Assembly: GCA_964016885.1 (NCBI GenBank)
Contig: OZ024741.1
Coordinates: forward strand, 214,520,001-214,584,000
DNA: 64,000 nucleotides
Direction: 5' to 3'
DNA from: Eledone cirrhosa
Lineage: Eukaryota
Shown here: piece after piece, positions 56,691-64,000 of the stretch
Layout of the letters: each line of letters starts with the position of its first letter
Position numbering within the stretch: position 1 is the first letter of the stretch
Position numbers and translations under genes: made by a program
Notes under the pieces: generated by a model
The model's database searches: none
Seen by the model: the letters and a program-made list of their open reading frames with translations, nothing else
What the model was told of the DNA's origin: nothing

Positions 56691-56812
56691 TTAGCACCTA
56701 CAATCCTTGTTTATAATTTCCAGTAACAGATCAGTCTATAAAAGTAGAGCCCACTTTAACACCTAAGAATATGTATTTAAATTTACATATTATTGTTTCT
56801 ATATATAAGTAT

Positions 56813-57000
56813 AATTGTTTCTACTTTAGGCACAAGGCCAGCAATTACCCAGTTCATTACTGGTACTTTATTTTATCGACCCCATAAGGATGAAAGGCAA
56901 ACTCAACCTCGGCGGGATTTGAACTCAGATCGTAAAGGGACGTAACTATGCTGGAAAGCATGGCGTCCGACCCTCTACCGATACTGCCAATCCACCGCCT
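56813..57000 (-). mobile_element. tRNA-derived SINE
   Basis: Reverse complement of the 4732 family. Confidence 0.85.
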
Positions 57001-57079
57001 ATATATATAAGTATAATATATAATCCACCGTCTATATATAAGTATAATATATAAGTTTGTCTCTTAATTGTTTTATCCT

Positions 57080-57500
57080 GTTGTATGCCACTTGTACCGA
57101 CACTTTCTCCAGCCGCAACCTGGTGCAGTCTGCGACTAACCCAAGTTCCGCTGCACGTCGGGCTGGGGAGGCTAAACTCTTCAAATAGCGGTCGCTCTCC
57201 GACGGGTTTGCCGTTGCACCCTTGGCAGTGGAGACCTCTGGTGTCTTCGGCCCTAGGGTTACCTCCCTACTCACCACCATAGGCGCTGAGCTGGCCAGCC
57301 GCAGTTGTGAGCCTCGCGAGCTGGAATGGCTTTTCCAGCGCGTCTCCCTTGCCGTCCTCCGGGGAAACGCCTTCTCCATTCTGTCCGCCGGGGCTGTGGG
57401 GAGGCCACCAATATGATTGACCGACTTGTTATATTATCAGTCAGATGTTTTTAGACATCATCCCAGTACCAAACCAAATATACTTCCAATGTATTGTATC
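57080..57500 (+). mobile_element. CRE-like (RLE) non-LTR retrotransposon 3' fragment
   Basis: ATCTDTF...AARRAGEAK..PLAVETSGVFG...WLFQRVSLAVLRGNAFSIL, with an internal stop. Confidence 0.7.
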
Positions 57501-57879
57501 ATTTAAAAATCATATATATTTATATTATAGTATTTCCCGGCGTCGAAGATGCTACTTTCTCCCTAAAATAAGTCTCAAAAACCTACTATGCGTCCTGGAG
57601 GCCGAAGGTTGTTTAGTTTTTTTCTTGTCAAAATTAGGGTGCGGCCTCGAGGACTAGTATCGGTCAAGAGTCGGACGCCATGCTTTTCAGCATAGAGTCA
57701 CTTTGCCTTCCATCCTTACGAGGTCGATAAAATAAAGTACCAGTAATGCACTGGGATAATTGGTGTCTTTGTGCCAAAAGTAGAAACAATTGTATTATCT
57801 ATCTATCTATTTATACACACACAAACATATATATTTCTCTATTTCGCTCGCTCTCTCACACACACTATATATATATATA

Positions 57880-58574
57880 TTTGGATAGCGCTAGTTCGTA
57901 ATTTAAATTCAAGAATTTTATATTCTTCGAATGAAAAGAACCTTCTGACGAGAATCTTTCTTTGCAACGAAGGCCGTATGGTCTCCGTTTATTTTTGGGA
58001 TTCGAAACCGATCGGTAAAGGTAACTATAGTAGGTAAAGTCAATTTTTTTAAATTTATTTTGAAACTTTTTCATTATTTGCTAAACCTTGTTTATATATG
58101 TTCTGGCTCGTTAATTTATTAACCTGCCATTGAACCACATTGGCATTTGGTTGGACAATACATGCGTCCCTTAGCGCCTTGTGCGTGAAGGAACACATAT
58201 CCTATTATTACTACTCTCCTCTATTGTTGAGAGACAAATTGGGTCGTTCCGACTGCTGCTAGTGATAGTTGCGGCCGGTTTGACCTACCTCCCTCTGCCT
58301 CTATCTTTACTTCGGCCCTTGAAAAAATTGATTCCACATCATTCACTCTCATCCCAGGAACAGTTTTGGATAGCGCTAGTTCGTAATTTAAATTCAAGAA
58401 TTTTATATTCTTCGAATGAAAAGAACCTTCTGACGAGAATCGTTCTTTGCAACGAAGGCCGTATGGTCTCCGTTTATTTTTGGGATTCGAAACCGATCGG
58501 TAAAGGTAACTATAGTAGGTAAAGTCAATTTTTTAAAATTTATTTTGAAACTTTTTCATTATTTGCTAAACCTT

Positions 58575-58578
<4 letters not shown>
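57880..58578 (+). repeat. 485-bp HHR unit, ~1.4 tandem copies in (TA)n (HHRs 57940-58022, 58425-58507)
   Basis: ACCTT CTGACGA GAATC..(long loop)..GATTC GAAA CCGATCGG TA AAGGT, repeated at 485 bp. Confidence 0.88.
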
Positions 58579-58644
<66 letters not shown>

Positions 58645-58948
58645 CTAGGGCGGGTAAAATTCCCGAGATCCATGGACAAGTTTCTCCAGCGGTCTCTGTC
58701 CCTCATTACCGCTGCCATGTCCTGCGTCTCTGACAGAACAGTGTCTGTCCTTGGCATCAACATCTGTTAACGTCGGTCTTCCAATTCTAGTGTGTCCATG
58801 CAGGGGCTCCCACAGGACCACTGAGTGCAGTGTCAACTCTGGATGTCGGTGAGCATGTCCGGCTACCCTCAGTCTCCTCTGTGTCACTTTTGAGCTGACT
58901 TTTGGGAGGCTCCCATACAGCTCTGAGCTTTTCATCCTCAGTGTATAC

Positions 58949-58950
<2 letters not shown>
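58645..58950 (-). mobile_element. RTE/RTE-X LINE 3' fragment (shorter copy at ~63313-63380)
   Basis: LYGSLPKVSSKVTQRRLRVAGHAHRHPE...VVLWEP.HG...GRP, DRDRWR. Confidence 0.75.
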
Positions 58951-59027
<77 letters not shown>

Positions 59028-59029
59028 CA

Positions 59030-61025
59030 AAGTAACCAATCTTAAATAGAGAGATATTGGTAGGATAGGAGAGATTGGTGAAGGTATTAGAAGTCAAAGC
59101 TTAGAAGCGGGTGCTGGATGTGCATTATGCAGTGGAAAGTAGTTGGAAAACTGGGTTTATGCGGAGGTTAGGTGTACAGAGCTGGAAATATTGAGTAGTT
59201 AAGCAAATCCAGACCACAAGCTCACATAGGAGACATTAGTCGAAGAGTATCAGTATTAAGTGCAGTTTCATATAAAAAAAAGAGAGGATAAAATGTCAGT
59301 TTACAATTGTTTCACTACTCCATACAATGTTTCTGGATCAATCGATGATAATATCATTATTGATTTGGTGCAGAGAAAGATAATTAACATAGAATAATAT
59401 TATGGAGCAGCTCCTCAGAACTTGAAGTTAGATAATGAAAATATTAATATGTATAAAGTAGAAATAAAATAAAATAAAATAAGAGGGTTGCGTGTCCGTA
59501 AATAATCGTCAGATTAGCAGGTCCCTAGATGAGGTCCCTTGGCACTGGGAAATTCAAGTGTATGTTATAAGGAACCGTTACATATCTGTCGAGGCTGAAA
59601 TTAACAATGCGGCCAAACGCACAACAAGCTGGCTTCCTGTAAGGAAATTACCTTATTGTACAGAGATGGGTTTCAAGAGAGGCAACTCCTTGAAGATCCA
59701 AATGCGACAATGAGAGTTGTAACTGAGATAATGTCAAAGAGTTAGCTTATAGGTAAAGTTATAATGAGATATGTGACTAAGATAATGCAGGGAGGTAACT
59801 TACATGTGTTTTCGTAGTGGACTAACTATGTTTTAGTTTGTTAGTTATAGGGAGGAGCGTGATTAAATGATAGGCTAAGGTGGGTCAAATATTATGGTAG
59901 CGAAGGAGCTCGCTCTGCGGTGGTGGCAGTTGATGACCAACTCATTCCTGTCATTCATGGGGGAGGGGCCTTGACAGAGTTATGTGATAGGCCTCGGTGA
60001 GACAGAGATCACAACAATTTCTTCTCCCGTTAAACGTTGGAGATCTAGTCAAAATAGCCCAAGTTAGTGAGTGTTCAATGTTGGCCAGTTTAAGATTTTT
60101 AACGAGCCTAGCTAGAGAAGTAGAGCATCTATGGCCAGGGTCGCGGAAGGAAAATGAGTGCGCGTTATATCGAACCTTAAATGGGTTAGATGTAGAACCA
60201 ATATAGGAGCTAGTAGATGAGGCCGTTCTAACGATGCACCTATATACGATATTAGGTGTAAGTCACTACCCGTTAAGCGGGCATGCAGTGGGGTTACGGC
60301 AGTTGCAATTAGGATTGCGATTAGTGGGAGCAGGGTTGTTTAAGCTGTGCTGCTCGTGTGTACTAATGGGATTGGAGGGGGGTTTCTACTACTAGGATGA
60401 GTATTGATCTGGTTGCATGGTGTACTTATAGGCGGTGGTGGTGCCGCAGAGGGGAGCTATATTTGTTTAGTTTATGATGGTTACTAAATGCGATGTGGCT
60501 AGTTAAGTTCGGTGTGGTGGAGAAGGAGATTTTAATATTGTTTTTATTAAAGTTTGTAATATCTATGGTTGGGGGGGGGGGGGGTTAGATAGGATGGAGA
60601 AGAAGCATTTAGGGATGTTAGTAATTAAATTAGATGAGGAAGGGTGGTTAAGCCAGGTGATTTTTCTAGGCCTGTTACTTCTGTGGGGTCTAGCAGAATC
60701 AGCAGGGGCATAATCTGACGATTATTTACGGACATGCAACCCTCTTATTTTATTTTATTTTATTTCTACTTAAAACATATTAATATTTTCATTATCTAAA
60801 TTCAAGTTCTAATGAGCTGCTCCATAATATTATTCTATGTTAATTATCTTCCTCAGCACCAAATCAATAACGATAATACCATCGATTGATCCAGAAACAT
60901 TATATGGAGTAGTGAAAAAATTGTAAACTGGCATTATTACCCCCTTTTTTATATTAAACTGCACTTAAAGTTGATACTTTTAGACTAATGTCTTCTATGT
61001 GAGCTTGTGGTCTTGATTTGCTTAA
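59030..61025 (-). mobile_element. Penelope-like element 3' part with inverted pLTR copy
   Basis: Minus translation of ~60680-59920: RKITWLNHP, KISFSTTPN, CNCR..CPLNG, NIVYRCIV..YIGST..FKVRYNAH..SF, CDLCLTE. 59200-59520 is inverted at 60715-61025. Confidence 0.8.
59298..59422 (-). ncRNA. Hammerhead with very long stem II
   Basis: Reverse complement: AGTT CTGAGGA GCTGCTCCATA...TATGGAGTAGT GAAA CAATTG TA AACT. Decayed + copy at ~60804-60930. Confidence 0.7.
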
Positions 61026-61028
61026 TTA

Positions 61029-61090
<62 letters not shown>

Positions 61091-62241
61091 CAATATGTTG
61101 AAAAGGTAACACACTAGAGACAGATAAATCAGGGAAAACCACCAGTGTATGGAATCTATAACCTATGGAAGTAAGGGTAGAGACACGATAATTAAAACTA
61201 TAAACTAAAGTGTAAATACCCACCTCTATAACTATATAACACACGTACAAATCCAAAGAGATCTGATTCGCCAATAAGTTGTTGACAGAAATGAAATAGC
61301 CCATGGTTCATCAGCGTGTGTAAGGCTATACATTCCAGACAACTCTAAGAGAATCTATCTCTCTATATATATATCTCTATATATATATATAACGAAGGAA
61401 GTATGGTAAGGAACCAGATGGACCATAATGCACCAGAGTACTCGATACTTTGGGTAGTAGAGTGGGTAATAGGAAAATGTTCAGGACCCGACGCACAGCT
61501 CAAGCCGAATTCGACGGGTATTGCTGGACGCGTGAGTCCAGAAATAGCCGTCGAAACGGCTTGAGCTTTGCCGTCGGAGTCCTAAACATTTTCATATATA
61601 TATAAAATTATAAGTTTGAACAATAGTCAGACAAAATTTATCAAATTTTTTCTTCTTAGTCCATAGAAATCAACTCGATAAATAATCATTTAAATGGAGC
61701 TAACTTAAAAATGTAACTTCGAAGAAATAACAGATAAAAGTTATCTATTTTCCTCTATGAGGAACAGTCAGATAAAATTTACCTCGTCTTTCCTCTTAGT
61801 CCGGAGAAATTAACTAGACAAATAATGAAAGTGTACTCCCGGCATCTGCGGTCCGGTTATTCGCAGAATTTTCCTTAAAACCACTTATCCGCGATATTTT
61901 ATGCCTTTTTTTCGTGGCAATACATATTCTTTCATGTTTTTTCACGGTAAATTATTAATAACAATATACCGTATTTACCGGCCTATATTTTAGTTATGTT
62001 TCGACGTTTATAGGCATTTTTAAGGATCACGCCCAATATTCGACGTTTCTTACATTTCGTGGGTGCTCCAGGAACATATATACACAACATATATAAACAA
62101 GACATATCTGAATACCCTTCGAATCGAATGCAGAGTCGGGTTCAATCTGTAACAGATCCTACCTCGAGCTGATCGACGAGAAACATATGTAATATTGTAT
62201 GTTAACAAATTGTGATTTGATACAATACTGATTGCTCGTTC

Positions 62242-62377
<136 letters not shown>

Positions 62378-62428
62378 GAACGAGCAATCAGTATTGTATC
62401 AAATCACATATATATATATATATATAAA

Positions 62429-62517
<89 letters not shown>

Positions 62518-62624
62518 TCAGGTTATCAATAATGTAGTCATAATATATCGTTACGTTAGAGATGAACATCGTACGTGCAGGTTTGCTCAACGAGTATAAA
62601 TTATATTCCGGAGAAAATGTAGAA

Positions 62625-62914
62625 AGGATGAATATAAAATGAAAGTGCTTTTTTTAAAAAAGGAATTTATTAGGTATTGACATATGTTTCTGTAACAGAC
62701 TGAATACCTATGTATCGCTGCTTGCGTAATCATATAATGTTAGCAAGTATTCTGAAGAAGTGACAACTGATTATACATTTGCTATCGAATACTTGCTAAC
62801 ATTATATGATTACGCAAGCAGCGATACATAGGTATTCAGTCTGTTACAGAAACATATGTCAATACCTAATAAATTCCTTTTTTAAAAAAAGCACTTTCAT
62901 TTTATATTCATCCT

Positions 62915-62918
<4 letters not shown>
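62625..62918. repeat. Fold-back element in (TA)n
   Basis: ~62625-62752 is inverted relative to 62788-62918; CTGAAGA lies at the start of the loop. Confidence 0.8.
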
Positions 62919-63004
<86 letters not shown>

Positions 63005-63258
63005 ATATATATATATACTAATAATAATAAATTTGATGACTAAAATCCAAAGAGGGCTCGATAAGGATAAATATATATCAAATATATAAGAACCCTAGAG
63101 CAAATATTTATTAACATAATAGATTAAAGTTTAAGCAATGAATGGCTGCTTTCACCATTAACGGGATCTTCTCAAACTCAATTTCAGCAGATCCCGTTAA
63201 GGGTGAAAGCACCGATTCTTTGGTTAAACTTTAATCTGCTATTTTAATATAAATACAT

Positions 63259-63317
<59 letters not shown>

Positions 63318-63381
63318 GGGTAAAATTCCCGAGATCCATGGACGAGTTCTCTCAAGCGGTTTCTGTCCCTCATTATCGCTA

Positions 63382-63573
63382 AGGGCGGTGAATTGGCAGT
63401 ATCAGTAGAGGGTCGGACACCATGCTTTCCAGCACAGTTACGTCCCTTTATGGACTGAGTTCAAATCCCGCCGAGGTTAACTTTGCCTTTCATCCTTACG
63501 GGGTCGATAAAATAAAGTACCAGTAATACACTGGTTTAATTGCTGGCCTTGTGCCAAATGTAGAAACAATTAT
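63382..63573 (+). mobile_element. tRNA-derived SINE
   Basis: 4732 family. Confidence 0.85.
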
Positions 63574-63578
63574 CGCTA

Positions 63579-63665
<87 letters not shown>

Positions 63666-63843
63666 TGTGTATGCATGTGTAGATGTATGTATATATTTCT
63701 GTTTGTATGTAGAAGTATGACTATAATTGTGTGTGCGTGTTCGAGTTTGTGTTCATGTGTGTCCTTGTATGCATACGGTTATGTGTGTATGCGTGTGTTT
63801 GTGTGTGTGTGTGTGTGTGCGTGTTTATGAGAGCATGTATATG

Positions 63844-63888
<45 letters not shown>

Positions 63889-64000
63889 TATATATTTATA
63901 TGTATGCAGATGTATATATTATATCATAATTGTGTGTGCCTGTTCGTGTGTGTGTTCATTTCTGTATCCTTGCATGCATATGATTATGTGTGCATATGTG

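Overview
AT-rich, microsatellite-saturated animal genomic DNA. The SINE and LINE repertoire suggests a cephalopod/octopus, which is an inference. The only host-like coding sequence is a short RING-finger (TRIM-like) ORF at 37938-38282. The rest is mobile DNA: a near-intact R4/Dong-type RLE LINE, decayed Tx1/L1-clade LINEs stacked in (TAA)n, RTE and CRE fragments, about 15 tRNA-derived SINEs and four Penelope-like (GIY-YIG) fragments. The main unexplained signal is roughly 40 (counted by eye) type-I hammerhead ribozyme (HHR) motifs in at least 10 unrelated non-coding repeat families, mostly inserted in (TA)n. They occur as tandem arrays (310, 320, 466, 485 bp units) and very often as divergent 5'-to-5' inverted pairs, with both 3' ends fused to (TA)n and unit phases permuted. 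This fits a retrozyme-like circular-RNA system copied by rolling-circle reverse transcription primed from both ends of a (TA)n break, probably using Penelope-like machinery. The mechanism is inference, ribozyme activity is untested, and boundaries are by-eye estimates.
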